Assembly (NCBI GenBank): GCA_951406725.2
Contig: OX597828.1
Coordinates: forward strand, 19,282,001-19,346,000
Direction: 5' to 3'
DNA from: Octopus vulgaris
Lineage: Eukaryota
DNA length: 64,000 nt
In this document: piece by piece, positions 1-13,512 of the stretch
How positions within the stretch are numbered: the first letter of the stretch is position 1
How the letters are laid out: each line of letters opens with the position of its first letter
Notes under the pieces: model-generated
Database searches by the model: none
What the model was told of the DNA's origin: nothing
Seen by the model: the letters and a program-made list of their open reading frames with translations, nothing else
Made by a program: the position numbers and the translations under genes

Positions 1-790
1 CTACTGTATAACTGAGAAAAATACCTTAACATTTTAACTTGTATATCATTACTTTTACTCAGCTAATTCCTGTAACAGATCAATAAACAAATATTTTATA
101 TATCTATACAGCTGTAAAATATAATAAAATATAAAACCATAATCCTTATATTTATTGAACTTGTGTTATTTTCTGTGTGCAATATGAATATATGAAGTTT
201 AAAGACATTCAAACTGAGTACTGAACATTTAACTCTGCATTGGAACTGAATTATTTAATTTTTTTCTTTTTTTAGCTGTAGGTGCAATAGTCACCAATCT
301 TGGCTTTGCTTTTTATGCTTTTGATGTCCATAAAAGAATGGCCAATTAAGAAATAAAATTGATTAAATCAATTACATACTCTACACACATTTCTGGCCCT
401 GTACACGTTTTGTGAATCGGGATTTTAATGTAACTATGTGTATACCATATCCCGTCTTTTATCCACAACTCATTTTGGTCGTTGGACTGCAGCCATTCTA
501 AGTCACAACCTAAAAGGCATTTTTTAGTTAAACACATCAACCCCAAAACTCATTTATTTTAAAATTGGGTAGTTATTCCATCAGTCTCTATGGTAGAACA
601 GCTAAATTATGAGGAGGTATAATAAACACACTCACACACACACACAAAATGGGCCTCCACCCTGTTCCTGTGTACCAAACACACTCACAAGGAATTGGTC
701 TGCTCTCGGCTATAATAGAAGACACTTGCTGAAGGTATTGTCTTGTGGGACTGAACCCTAAATATCATGGTTGTAAAGTTTTGTAACAAA

Positions 791-1517
791 AATAATTTTT
801 TGTAACTAAACACTTTCAAACTTCGTATACTGGTAAGAATGTGTCACAGAAAATTCTCAAATTTTGGAAGTTATTTCTTGTTAAAGTTGTCATATTTCGG
901 TAATTTCAACCAATCAATGACGTGTATTCAGATGAATAAAATTAATGCTGTTGTTTGTTAACAACTTCCGGCAGTGTATATTTCGTTTGTCGTTTTATTT
1001 ATGACATATTTAATCTCAGTTACGTTTGTATGAATAAACGAGTGTATCTGAAGCATGTTTACTTCATGGCACCACCATAATTGTTCGTGCTTCATTTTTC
1101 ATTTTTTTCCGTAACCCTAACCCTAAAACCCCAACCCTAACCCTAAAACCTTAAACCTAACTCTAAAACCCTAACCCTAAAACCTTAACCCTAAAATCCT
1201 AACCCTAACACCTTAAAGCTAAAACCAGTACAAATGCATGAACAATGTCAAAAATAACAGTGACAAACACCGCCAATAGTTGTAGTTAACAAACAACAGC
1301 AGTAATTTTATTCAGCTGAATACACGTCATTGATTGGTTGAAATTACCAAAATACGACAACTTTAACAAGAAATAACTTCCAAAATACAGACTTTTCTCA
1401 ACAACGCCAAGATTAAAAGATGTTTTATGTGACACATTCTACCAGTATACGAAGTTTGAAAGTGTTTAGTTACAAAAAATTATTTTTTAAATCTGTCAGT
1501 CAAAAGGTAAAGATCCC
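791..1517. mobile_element. Foldback/MITE-like element with ~200-bp inverted arms around (CCCTAA/CCCTAAAA)n; copy at ~36375-37090
   Basis: 791-~995 is the reverse complement of ~1255-1484. Telomere-like core at ~1113-1225. Related arm fragments at ~4275-4470 and ~6690-6965. Confidence 0.75.
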
Positions 1518-2252
1518 CCTTCACTTTCTGGAAAAATGTCTAGATAGACTATTTTCATTTAAAAGTTATTAGTGTGGTACACCCAAAAACTGAAGAATCT
1601 GAAATAAAAAAAAACGAAAGGACGTTACGCAAAATAATGAAAACAAAACAATAGTGTTGCTATAGTGTGCAAACCAGCTGGGAAAAGTTTTATCAAAATC
1701 AATTCACAGAAAACTGTGAAATCCTAAATTTCACTCCTAAGCTATTAGTGTGGTTTTAGGTGTATAGTAGCAATGCACCCCGGCGTTGCCCAGGTGTAAT
1801 GACCTACAGTCACATTGTTTCTTTCTTACGGGCAGAATTAGCACACGTGGAGCATGAAGCAAACAACTCTACCTTATGAACATGCTTTTCGGTCATTTTG
1901 TGATTAACAACCCTGCAGTTTCCGTTTACCAAATTCAGTCAGATAACTGTGGTTGATCTAGGGGCTATAGTAGAAAACACTTGCCCAAGCTACCATGCAA
2001 AGCGACTGAACATGGAACCATATGGTTGGGAAGCAAACTTCTCAACTACACAGTCATTCGTCCCACTATGTCTCCAAGTTAGAAGTTCATCAAGCAGAGA
2101 TCTATAAAATAAATGCCAGATTGAAATACGTATTGAGGTGAGTATGATCAATTAAATTTTTGAAGGCGATACATCATCATGGCAACAGTCGAAAGAAAAC
2201 CAAACAAAATAATGTTTAAAGACTTAATGGCTTCAAATTTAAGGTAATGGAT

Positions 2253-3917
2253 TGTAAGAGTTAGCATGTTTTTGTGTCTGTGTGTTCGTGAGGCATAAAA
2301 GGTACTGACCAGAGAAATAACAATGGAATTTGGTTCACAGTTCATGTTGTTGCTATCAGCCTAGCAACAGGTAGTAGCAGATGGCTTAAGGTAGTTCTTA
2401 GAAGAACTAGAACTCAAGACAGATAATTGATTTACCGTTTATGACGTACACGGAGTGTAAGAGTTCCATATCAAGATGTTGCGTCTCGTAGTTGAGATTA
2501 ATTGAATCACTTGTGTTTTATCTTTCTCCTGATATGAATATACTTCCAGATATATTAACTGTAGCCGTTTTCCCGTGGTGATACTTTCACCTAACCGCTA
2601 TAGTTGAATCTGTAGTTGTCTTGTGTACAAATTAAACCTTAGTAGATAGAGACGATGTTTGGCGATGAGTTGTGTCTGTCGCTTGGTTTTTGCTGCGTCT
2701 TCATTATATATTCTGCTTGGTTATTTTTCTCTAGTTATAGATATCCTGTAACCGTTCTTTTCGTGGTGATATTTTCACACTAACAGTATGAGAGGTATCT
2801 GTAACATCTTGTATTAATGGTGGTCGCCTGCATTTCGAACTGGAACATGGTCGAGTATGCTCTGTGTGGTCAGAGGTTCGCCCTGAGAAGGACTGTAACC
2901 TAAGACGGATATTTGTCTGAGAACACTTCTTTTATAAGGTTTATGTGGCTCAAAACGAACTTCAGAAATGGAAAGCTGTGATTGGCTGCTTGGAACAATG
3001 GCGCGTCTTTTTGCCGCGTCTTCATCATATATTCTGCTTGGTTATTTTTCTCTTGAACTGGAACATGGTCGAGTATGCTCTGTGTGGTCAGAGGTCCGTT
3101 CTGAGAAGAACTAGAACCAAAGACGAACTCTGTGGTCAGAGGTTTAGCTCTGAAAAGAACTAAAAACCTAAGACGAATGATTGTCTGAGAACCCTTCTTT
3201 ATATAAGGTTTATATGGCTCAAAATGAACTTCAGAAATGGAAAACTGTGATTGGCTGCTTGGAAACATGGTGCGAAAATAAGCGGAGGCAAATCGCGTCA
3301 CGTGACAACCAGCGGTGCGAACGTAGTAGAGACCACGTGTCAGCCAATCGAATTAGTGTTTACAACAATGTTAAACTAGCCGAAGATGTTTGTAATCTCG
3401 AATGAGATTATTCTTAATACTCTTCTCAAACAGTGAAGATAGCAATGAGGGAACGATATTGCTACATGTCTCCCTTTTACCTCCGACCTGAGCCATGTCA
3501 GGCGAAGTTCAAGGGGACGAACGATGACCTACTTAAACAGTAACTGTGTTGCGATATATCTATTTTTCTGGCTATTTGAGATTTTATAAATAGAACGGAA
3601 AAACGGCTACACAGAGAGAACCGGAGCTGACGCTAAAGCAAACACTACGCTTTTTGGAGACGACTAGAGAATATGCCTAAAGGTGACTGTCCTGAATGAT
3701 TTACTCACACACACACACACGCAAACATATTCTTTTTTGGGGACAGTAACGATTAAAAACATGAATGACACAGGCGCCCTACGGCTTTGAGACAAACAGA
3801 GAGACACAAAAATAATAATAATATTATATATTTACAAAATTTATTTAGTGTAAATAAATCTCTATTTAATCACAAAACAACTTATGTATTTATTAATACA
3901 TACACACATCCACTACA
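2253..3917. mobile_element. Solo-LTR-like insertion (1665 bp), unit 1 only
   Basis: Begins TGTA and ends TACA, flanked by GGAT repeats (2249-2252, 3918-3921). Unit 2 has the empty site taatGGATtactaacc near 37825. Contains internal direct repeats (e.g. ~2836 and ~3056). Confidence 0.8.
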
Positions 3918-4856
3918 GGATTACTAACCACAGGATAATGAGTTCAAGACTTCGTATTGAACTTCAAGTCTATACGGTAACATTATATGTGCATCTCAGT
4001 CTACTTGACTTCCAATAATTAACAATTGTAATCTGAAGTGGGATGGTTGGCAGTAAGAAAGATGACCAGATTTCTTTAAAAATTATTGTGCAAAATATTC
4101 CGAGAGAAAGTATTTTTTTCCCCACAACAAAACACACATGCACACACACACACACGTGTGTGTCTGGTAACTTGAGCTACTACAAATAGTAGCAAATTTC
4201 TCTCAAAACACCTTTTCATCAAAAGAAACAAACACATTTACAGTATTTCAGGGTTAAAAAAAAATTCACCTCAATAGACGTCATTGATTGGTTGAAATTG
4301 CCGAAATGCAAGAAATTAAACAACAAATAGCTTACAAACTACAGAATTCTCTCAAGAAAGCCAAGAGAAAATGATGTTTTATAAACACATTCTACCGGTA
4401 TACGAAGTTTAAAAGTGTTTAGTTACAAAGAAATTATTTTTAAAATCTGCCGGTCAAAGCGAAAAGATAACTAAACCTCTGAAAACAGTGCCCCAACATG
4501 GCAGATGTCCAATAATTAAAACAAGTAATTGAATAACAGACTATACGTTACAATGTATGCGAGATAGACCCCTTGCATTGAGGAAACCCCCTCCAGGATT
4601 TGATCACAGAATCTACAATGACAAACATGGCAAACAAGAGATATACGATTAGCTATCAACACCAACACCAAATCTTTGGCTTATTCACAGCTTGGTTTAA
4701 CTATGATAATATTATTTACACAAGGATACATATTGCATCCGTTTACACCAAATGATACTATTTCGTTTCGCAATTAGTTTTTACATTCCTCATTTTTTGT
4801 TGTTTTTCCAATCGAAATATGTTTATTGTAGTATATCACTATATATATAAAGAGGA

Positions 4857-4916
<60 letters not shown>

Positions 4917-5204
4917 TTATTATTTTTGTGTCTCTCTGTTTGTCTCAAAGCCGTAGGGCGCCTGTGTCATTCATGTTTTTAATCGTTACTGTCCCCAAAA
5001 AAGATTTTTTGTTTCCTGTTCGTCTCTGTTGCGTTTCATTCTTTCCTTCTGTGGCTGGCTGATTCAGAGCGGATCTCAGAATTAAACAGCCGAAATCTGC
5101 GATGAGGGATCAGTTTCTGACTGAAGAATGAAGGCTTTGAATGACCCGTTTGTTTTTTTGTTCGTCTCTTCGTCTATTTCACGTTATTTATTTATATAAA
5201 GGTC

Positions 5205-5256
<52 letters not shown>

Positions 5257-5810
5257 CATAAAACCACATTAAAAATACAAATCCAAACCGAACGCAATCA
5301 GGAGCGAAGAGGAGAAAAAAGGAAATAAAAAGTAAGAAAAATATCAATTGAACACCAAGAGGTCCCAAGTGGTTGTAGAAAGAGGTTTTCGTAATTGTCA
5401 ATATAAATGTATTGATGGGCGTTGCTGGCCTCTCCCACGCCTCCTCTCTCTTTCTCTCTCTCTCTCTCTTCGTCCTCCCCTTCTCTGTCTAATTTGTTGG
5501 TGGTGGCGCACTATTATATAATCTGGTTCATCATCTGCTTTGGTATTATACTTAAAATTTGTTTTATTAATAAATTTACGTTTCTCGCTTAACCGGGTTG
5601 CTCGTACTTTTCTGTTGATGCATTTTACGTGGAGAACAGAACTTCTAAGCTATTAAGATATTCAACCAATCTGTAAGATTACTTTCCACTTCATATATAC
5701 GCAGTTCCGTTTCGTACAATTTCTTTTGGCAGAAAAGAAACTCGGATATATACCCGTTGTTTATTTTATCCTCTTGAATTATAAACTTTAAACTTATCAA
5801 CGAGACATAT

Positions 5811-5840
5811 TTCACCTTTTATTTCTCTCAACAGGTAAGT
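5811..5840 (+). promoter_or_regulatory. Candidate splice donor CAG|GTAAGT preceded by a pyrimidine tract (copy GT at 39707)
   Basis: ttcaccttttatttctctcaaCAG|GTAAGT is a perfect donor consensus in non-repetitive sequence, conserved in both units. No transcript evidence. Confidence 0.45.
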
Positions 5841-7620
5841 AACAACTTACTGCGATAATTTTAAAGTTTCTTCATGGACCGTGATAATTGACAAATGACT
5901 TAATCTAAACAACGGTCTTTTCTTATAATTAGTTTGTGCTCATTAGTTTTTCTATTGCTTTTAAACGTATTTTTACCCCTTTTTGAAATCTATTTCCTCG
6001 AAGTTGGTGATATTGCTTTTACTTTTCTGTAAAAAGTTGCTAAAACATCTATATTGGACTTCGATCATCATTGACAAGTGACATAATCAATATTTATTTT
6101 CTCTATAAATGATTTATATTCATTATTTGGGAAATGCTTTTTTATTTTTTAATTCGGACTTATTTTCCTCCCTTGTCTATGAAGATATATTTTCCACTTG
6201 AAATTATAGGATGGCGATATTGACGCCTTTAATTTCATTGCAATTCGCTTTCACTTTTATATTGACACTATTTTCTTTTTTCAACTGTAAACTGCATGTT
6301 AACCCGTTATTTTGCCATGGGGCCAGTTGTTACCTTTCTTTTATCATTTATTTGTTCCAGTGATTTGATTGTGGTTATGCTGGGGCACTGCCTTAAGGAA
6401 TCTTAGTCGAATGAATCGACAAAGTAATTTTGGTCACTATACAGCTTCCGTCGATGTCGGGTGGGAGACGCACTTGTGTGATGGGTACCTTTTATCTTTT
6501 ACTTGTTTCAGGCATTTGACTGCGGTCATGCTGGAGCACCGCCTTGATGTGTTTTAGTCGAACAAATCGACCCCAGGACATATTTTTAAAACCTAGCACA
6601 TATTCTATCGGTTTCTTGGTGGGGGTAAAGTGCAAGCACCCCTTCTGTTTTTTTTTTTGTTTTTTTTTTCATAACTTTCTTTGGATTCCTACGTTTTCGA
6701 AATCGGAGACTACGAGCGACTTTGCTTAAATAAAAATACGTTTTCAAAATTTTAATCCCCCCCCCCCCCCCAATTTTAAAATTTTTCACTTTAAAAAAAA
6801 AATTTTTTTTTCTGTTTAATCCTCCTGGAAACATACGGTGTTTATGAATATGGAAAAAAAAAAAGGATCCAATAATGTTTTGTTTTGACACATTCTACCA
6901 GTATACGAAGTTTCAAATTTTTTTAGTTAACTAGAAAATTCCGTCCATCTAAAAGAAAAGATCCAAAAAGAATTTTTCATTTCAAATTTTCTTAGGAAAC
7001 ACACACACACGCTGGGCGTATATTCTGGATGTGCTTGGTGTGCGGTGCACACCCATCGAAAATGGCAAATTCATTATAAATATTAATCTTACTTATTAAT
7101 TTAATCACAAATTGTAATGGAAAACTTTTCTAATACCCCTGCTTGAAATATGGTGGCATTGGCTGTAGCAGCACACACAGGTTCGTTGCAGTTCAGCTTG
7201 ATACAAATACGCATATTTAACAAAATTTTCGGCACGAATTATTTACTATTTCTTTATAAACACAACACGAAGATAATTTGTAGCATGGCAACAAGATTCA
7301 AATAGATACGGAGAGTTAAGATTTAGAGAAAAGAAAAAAAGAAAGAAAAAAGGGCGTTAAGCTGAGGAAAAGATATTTTTCGGACGTTTAGCTGTTATTT
7401 CTAGCATATCGAGTTTTCTGGTGAGGGCTTCATATTTTGTCGTCTGCTGTTTCAGGTGAAATCTACGCATGCGTAAAACGTACGGACTTTTATGCTTTTG
7501 GAAAGAGATGAGTAGGACACTCGCTTCACATATATATTTATATGTTACTGTCAGGAATTTGGGTTACATACCTATTAGTTTAAATCATCCTGGCGAACAC
7601 TCCTAAGATACTATATACAG

Positions 7621-7835
7621 AGAGTGATCCCGGTGCGCGTACTCGCGCATCCGCGCCAGCTAGTCGTGACTGGTCGATCCTTACTGTGTGTTTTTGTGTT
7701 TTATTTACTTTGTGTAAAAAAAAAGAGTTATTTTGTGTTTTATTTACTTTGCTAGGTAGTCGTTTTAGGATCGACTAGTCACGACTAGCTAGCGCTGTTG
7801 CGCGAGTACACGAGTGCGCGCACCGGGACCACTCT
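7621..7835. mobile_element. GC-rich MITE with ~60-bp imperfect terminal inverted repeats
   Basis: agagtgatcccggtgcgcg...gctagtcgtgactggtcgatcc versus ggatcgactagtcacgactagc...cgcgcaccgggaccactct. Only the right arm remains in unit 2 (~41840-41908). Confidence 0.7.
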
Positions 7836-8770
7836 TTTTAAATAGTACCCACTCCTCATATCCTCCATTCTAAAAAAAAAAACTCAGAAGGCTTTGGTTG
7901 GTCGAAGGCTACAGTGCAAAACACCTGTCCAAGGTGCTACGCAGTTGAACCGAATCCGTGACAATGTGATTGGAAAGCAAGCTTTTTACCACACAGCCAC
8001 GCCTCTTTTGCCTCAAGAAGTTGTTAGATATCTACTTTAACTTCGATAAATACATAAAAAATTGTTAGATATCTACTTCGACTATGATAAATCGTTTTGT
8101 TTTATTCAACGGTTTCCCCCGAATTAATCCATTTTCATTTTTTAATTGATTTTCAACTTTTCTTTATCCATTTTGTTTTTCTTTCCTTACATATTTAACT
8201 CGTTCGGGTCAGTGAAATTACATTTTCTTTGCTATAGGAAGTTGTTAAAATGTGTTTTTATTGAACTGCGATAACTGTTGTCGAGTGACCAAATCAATGT
8301 TTTTCTTATCTAATTGATTTGTGCCTATAATTTCTCAGTTGCTTTTCATCTGTTTATATTCTCTCATCACTAAGAGTTACGTGTTATCGTAACTGCATGA
8401 CAACACTGATCGAGCGACACCTATGATCAAACCTGCTCCATGCGTGCGCCTTTTCATATATACAGGATAACATAGTCCTGGGTGTATTTCTTTATTTAAG
8501 ACGGTAGGATGAGATTTCAAAAGAATTGGCTGCTATTTCGTGCAAATTGAGCAACTTCTAAGGAGCTGCTTCGTTTTCACTGAAATACTTCTCTTTCTCT
8601 TTCATACATGAACGCATTCAATCTGTCTCTTCCGCGCCTTCAAACACACATTCACACACATACACATTCTCCCCCTTTCTCTCTGCCTCACACACACACA
8701 TTTCCTCTCACTTTTACTCTCTTCCTCTCACATGCACACTCTCTCACACAGACGTTCCGAATTCACATAC

Positions 8771-8802
<32 letters not shown>

Positions 8803-9962
8803 TTTTGTATTATATAAAGCTTTTAAAATGCCAGAGGTAATAAAGATGGCATAAAGATAAAACTTAAATAAAACCGAGGCGATCTTCCTATTTAAGTCCC
8901 GTACCTGTCAGACAGGATGTCAGGTGTATTATCTGTAAACGACCATGCGAAGGAGAGGTGATGAGAAAGGCCCCTTTAGTACACTACACGGTTGATAGAA
9001 GGCTTCGATTGGTTGGGTTGCACATTGGTGTGTAACAGAGCAAGAGACAAAAGTGCGCCAATACCAACCAATCAAAGTAGTGGACACAACAGGGTGCAAA
9101 ACAGTGGCCAAAGGCTAGCTGTTATCTACTACGTCCGTACTCATGTATATATAACAGAGAGAGAGAGAGTCTGCTAAACATCTATTCATTGTAAGAGGAC
9201 TGTGTGGTAGGAAGCTTGCTTCCCAACCACATAGTTTCGGGTTCAGTCCCACTGCATGGCACCTTGGGTATGCATTATCTACGAGAGCCTTGGACCGACC
9301 AAAGCCCTGTGAGTGGATTTGGTAGATGGAAACTAGAAGAAGCCTGTCAGGTGTGTGTGTGTCAGTGTTTGCCCCCCCCCCCCCGCCACCATTTGACAAC
9401 CAGTGTTGGTGTTTTCATCTCTGTAACTTAGCGGTTTGGCTAAAGAAACTAATGAATAAGTTCCAGACATAAAGAAAAAAGAAAATAGTTCTGGGATCAA
9501 TTCATACAAGTAAAAACATTCTTCAAGACGATGTCCCAGCATGGCCACAGTCTTAATAACTGAAACAAAGAAAAATATAAAAGTTAAACGGACATTCTTT
9601 CGGTATATCCCTCAGAACTGTCAAAATTTGATTGTTCATTAATTTACGTAGAAAATTTTTTTTATTTACTTTTTGCATGCCGTATTCAGTTCTATGTACT
9701 TCTAGTTGGTCACACAAACACACACATACACCCATTATATTTCATATGCATACATCTTTTTTGTATATATGTGTGCATATATCCACACGTATATATGTAA
9801 GGCACAGCATGGCTGTGTGGTAAGAAGCCTGCTTCCCAACCACATGGTTCCAGGTTCAGTCTCACTGCGTGGCATCATGGGCGAGTGTCTTCTATTACAG
9901 CCTTGGGACAACTAAAACCTTGTGAGTGGATTTGGTAGACAGAAACTGAAAGAAGCCAGTAA

Positions 9963-10847
9963 TCTTATATATTAAAACTGAAAGTGTTTGTGCGTGTGTT
10001 TGTGTATCGGTATGTTCTCGTTTTTGCATCAAAATGGCTTGACCAATTTTTCTTAAACTTCAAACGTACATTCCTTATGTATCTGGGGAGGTTTTAAGTA
10101 TTAATTGATTTCGAAAAAATGTTCGGGTAAACAGCAAGAGGAATAACATTTGGGCATGAGTGAACGGTGTGAGTAATTATTTTAAGCTTCCAAGGGAAAT
10201 AACCCATTCCCTCCTGGAAATAACCATCAAGGGAAATAACCCATTCATTTTCATTATGCTTATTTCTTAGTATTTGAAGTGTTTTAGTTATTTTCTCAAT
10301 TTATCCAAGACAACGCTTAAACAAGTAAATAGTATTCTCCTAAACAATAGATCCACTTATTTCGGTTAGTGACTTATTCACAAATATAGCAACACTAGCG
10401 CTGCTGAGGGGAATATTCTCTGGGAACGCACAAAAGCATTTTTTCACAGTTAATTACTCTGAATTCTTATTATCTCATATCTGATTAGCCTGTTATTACG
10501 TAACATGTTTCACGATTTTAGTATACATACCTTATTAGTATTTCCTCCTAAAATCTATATACTCTGGGAACATATTAAAGCCCTTTTTGGGGCTACATTA
10601 TTTGAATTCTTACTATAGGGTAATAAATTTCATGTTATTACATAACTGACTTCACAATTTGAGTATTTATAACTTATTGGGAATTCCAAAAAACAAGATC
10701 CTTTGTAAGACAGTTCGGTATTCTCAAGGCTACATACTTTAAGGGCTACATACTTTGTATTGTTGTTACTGAATTAGCAAAACAATTATGAGAACAGAAC
10801 TAAGGGATGAGCCCGCTTTCCTGGAAATTATGGGGTATGTCAGCTAC
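9963..10847 (+). mobile_element. Non-autonomous Helitron-like element
   Basis: 5' a|TCttatatattaaaa; subterminal hairpin cccgctttcctggaaattatgggg; 3' CTAC|t (degenerate CTAG); no TSD. Confidence 0.55.
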
Positions 10848-11032
10848 TATATATATAATATATATATGCTTATTATAGCCTCAGGTCAACCAAAACCTTG
10901 TAAGTGGATTTCGTACTCGGAAACTGAAAGAAGACTGTCGTGTATATGTGTATGTGTGTGCATGTTTTGTGTTTGTAGCCCAACAATTGCTTGCTAACTG
11001 GTGTTGCTGTGTTTACATTCCTGTAACTTAGC

Positions 11033-11253
11033 AAAGGCGGCAAGCTGGCAGAGTTGTTAGCACACTGGGCGAAATGCGTAGCCATATTTCATCTGCCGTT
11101 ACGTTCTAGGTTCAAATTCCGCCGAGGTCGACTTTGCCTTTCATCCTTTCGGGGTTGATTAAATAAGTACCAGTTACGCACTGGGGTCGATATAATTGTC
11201 TGTCCTTGTTTGTCCCCTCTGTGTTTAGCCCCTTGTGGGTAGTAAAGAAATAA
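11033..11253 (+). mobile_element. tRNA-derived SINE family 2, nested in a family 1 SINE (other copies ~16388-16624, 46255-46491; minus fragments ~22810-22998, 31070-31276)
   Basis: aaggcggcaagctggcaga...ggttcaaattccgccgaggtcgactttgcctttcatcctttcgggg...aaagaaataag. Confidence 0.8.
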
Positions 11254-11773
11254 GTTTGGTATAAGACACTGACAGAATGAGTACTCGGCTTACAAAGAAT
11301 AAATCCTGTGGTTGATTTCTTGACCAATGGCGGTGCTCCAGCATGGCCGCAGTCAGATGACTGAAACAAGTAAAACAAGAAAAATCTATGCCATTTTAAT
11401 CCCACGAAGGCCGGGTATCTCTGCGAGTGTATATTTGTGTGTGTCTGTGTTTGTATCCCCCACCATCACTTGACAACCAATGTTGGTGTGCTTACATCCT
11501 CATAACCTAACAGTCGGCAAAAGAGACCAATAGAATAAGTAGTAGGCATACAAGGAATAAGACCTGGGGTTGATTTGTTTGACTTAAGACGGTACTCCAG
11601 CATGGACGTAGTCAAATAACTGAAATGAATAAAAGAATACATATACATACGTGTATGTGTGTGTGTGTGTGTGTGTTTATAGATAGCTAGCTATCTAGAC
11701 ACACAAATGTATAAATATATACAAAAACGTACATACAAAAACACACACACATTTATGTGTGTGTGTGTGTGTA

Positions 11774-12172
11774 TCTCTATATATATAAAGCTGAAGTTGT
11801 CTGTGTGTGGCAGGTTTGGTAGCCTTCAACTAACACTATCTCCTCCGAGACCCTGCGGCACAAGTTGACCAAAATTGAGTGTATGATAGAATAAGGCTTG
11901 CTCTTCCGTCTGTGGAAGAAAAAATTCAAATCGGACCTTGTTAACACCAAAGCTTGTTTACATCAAAAAGGTGCTATATTTTCTATGAAAATCCCTATTT
12001 TTTACGATTATTTGACTGCTGTGTCGTCATTTTTCGGGGTATTTCAACCAGAAAATTGTTCACTTAAAGAGAATAACAAGCTACATAATGCAAAATTTTT
12101 ACTTTTCAAAAATTCCAATTCTAAAGGGTCGAAAAGAAAACTAGCTCAAGCAACACTGGGCTATACTGCTAG
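11774..12172 (+). mobile_element. Non-autonomous Helitron
   Basis: 5' a|TCtctatatatataaag; subterminal GC hairpin-like gctcaagcaacactgggc; 3' CTAG|t; inserted between A and T. Confidence 0.7.
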
Positions 12173-12192
12173 TATATATATATATATAAATA

Positions 12193-12238
<46 letters not shown>

Positions 12239-12414
12239 GTTAATCCGAACATGAACAAAGAGAAAACACAACAACGCAAGGACGGGGAACAAGTATAGTG
12301 TTATTTGGAAGGAAAGAAAGAAGGAGGATTTAAATTTTAAATCAGAAGCAGAAAGAGGAAAGGTCCAAGGAAGGGAAGACAGAAAAAGAAAATCGCCAAC
12401 AATACACACGCAGT

Positions 12415-12447
<33 letters not shown>

Positions 12448-12473
12448 GTGTATATATATATATATATATATAA

Positions 12474-13185
12474 GCACGAACTTCGAACTTTAGGCCTCAC
12501 CAAGGAAATGACTAGTGACCGAGACCCTTGGAAATATGCCGTGCATGAGAAGACTTGGCAAACCAAATGAAACCATAATCTCATGGCCTATGCCAGGGGC
12601 GTAACCAGCCCACTTGTGCATAACCTTTCCTTCTTTGGTCACTAAAACTCTGCTTGTGAAGACCTGTTGAGGCAAGTAAAATCAAATCAAACCAATCAAA
12701 AGCAAAATCAAAATCAAATTTGATGACTGGCGTCCATGCTGGCAGGGTGCAAAGAGCACCATACGAGTGTGATCGTTACCAGCGTCGCCTTACTGGCACT
12801 TGTGGCCATGCTAGTAGGGTGCCAAGAGCACCATCCAAGTGTGATCGTTGCCAGAGCAGCCAACTGACTTCCATGCCAGTGGCACGTAAAAGGGCACCAT
12901 TCAAGCATGATCGTTACCAATGCCACCTTACTGGCACCTGTGCTGGTGGCATGTGTAAAAAGACTCAAGCGAGGTCGTTGCCAGAACCGCCTGACTGGCC
13001 CCCATGTCGGTGTCACATAAAAAGCTTCCACTACACTCTCGGAGTGGTTGGTGTTAGGAAGGGCATCCAGCTGTAGAAACTCTGCCATATCATGATTGGA
13101 GACTGGTAAGACCATCTGGTTTGCCAGCCCTCAGTCAAAATCGTCCATGCTAGCATGGAAAGCGGACGTTAAACGACGATGATGT
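12474..13185 (+). mobile_element. RTE-type LINE 3' end with a repetitive 3' UTR
   Basis: LGLTKEMTSDRDPWKYAVHEKT; tail ...gcatggaaagcggacgttaaacgacgatgatg. Confidence 0.65.
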
Positions 13186-13468
13186 ACTAGGCTTACAAAG
13201 AACAAGTTAGAGCTGAACACAGCACGCGAAAAGGAAGGAATTGCCTTTCTAACGTTTATCGGCAATCTTTTGCTTTCACCCTGCAAACATGTCATTACTG
13301 TTCATTGATTTCACCCATCGCTACATTCCGAGTTCAAACTCCACCAAGGTTCACTTTGCCTTTCATCCTGTTAACGTTGATAAATTAAGTACTACTCAAG
13401 TAATGGGGTTGATGTAATCGACTGGTCCCTCCCAACAAATCTGATATCTTGCGCCTATTGTAGAAAGG

Positions 13469-13512
<44 letters not shown>

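Noticed and set aside
1113-1225. True telomere or chromosome fusion site
   Set aside because: Short, degenerate, single orientation and enclosed within a foldback element.
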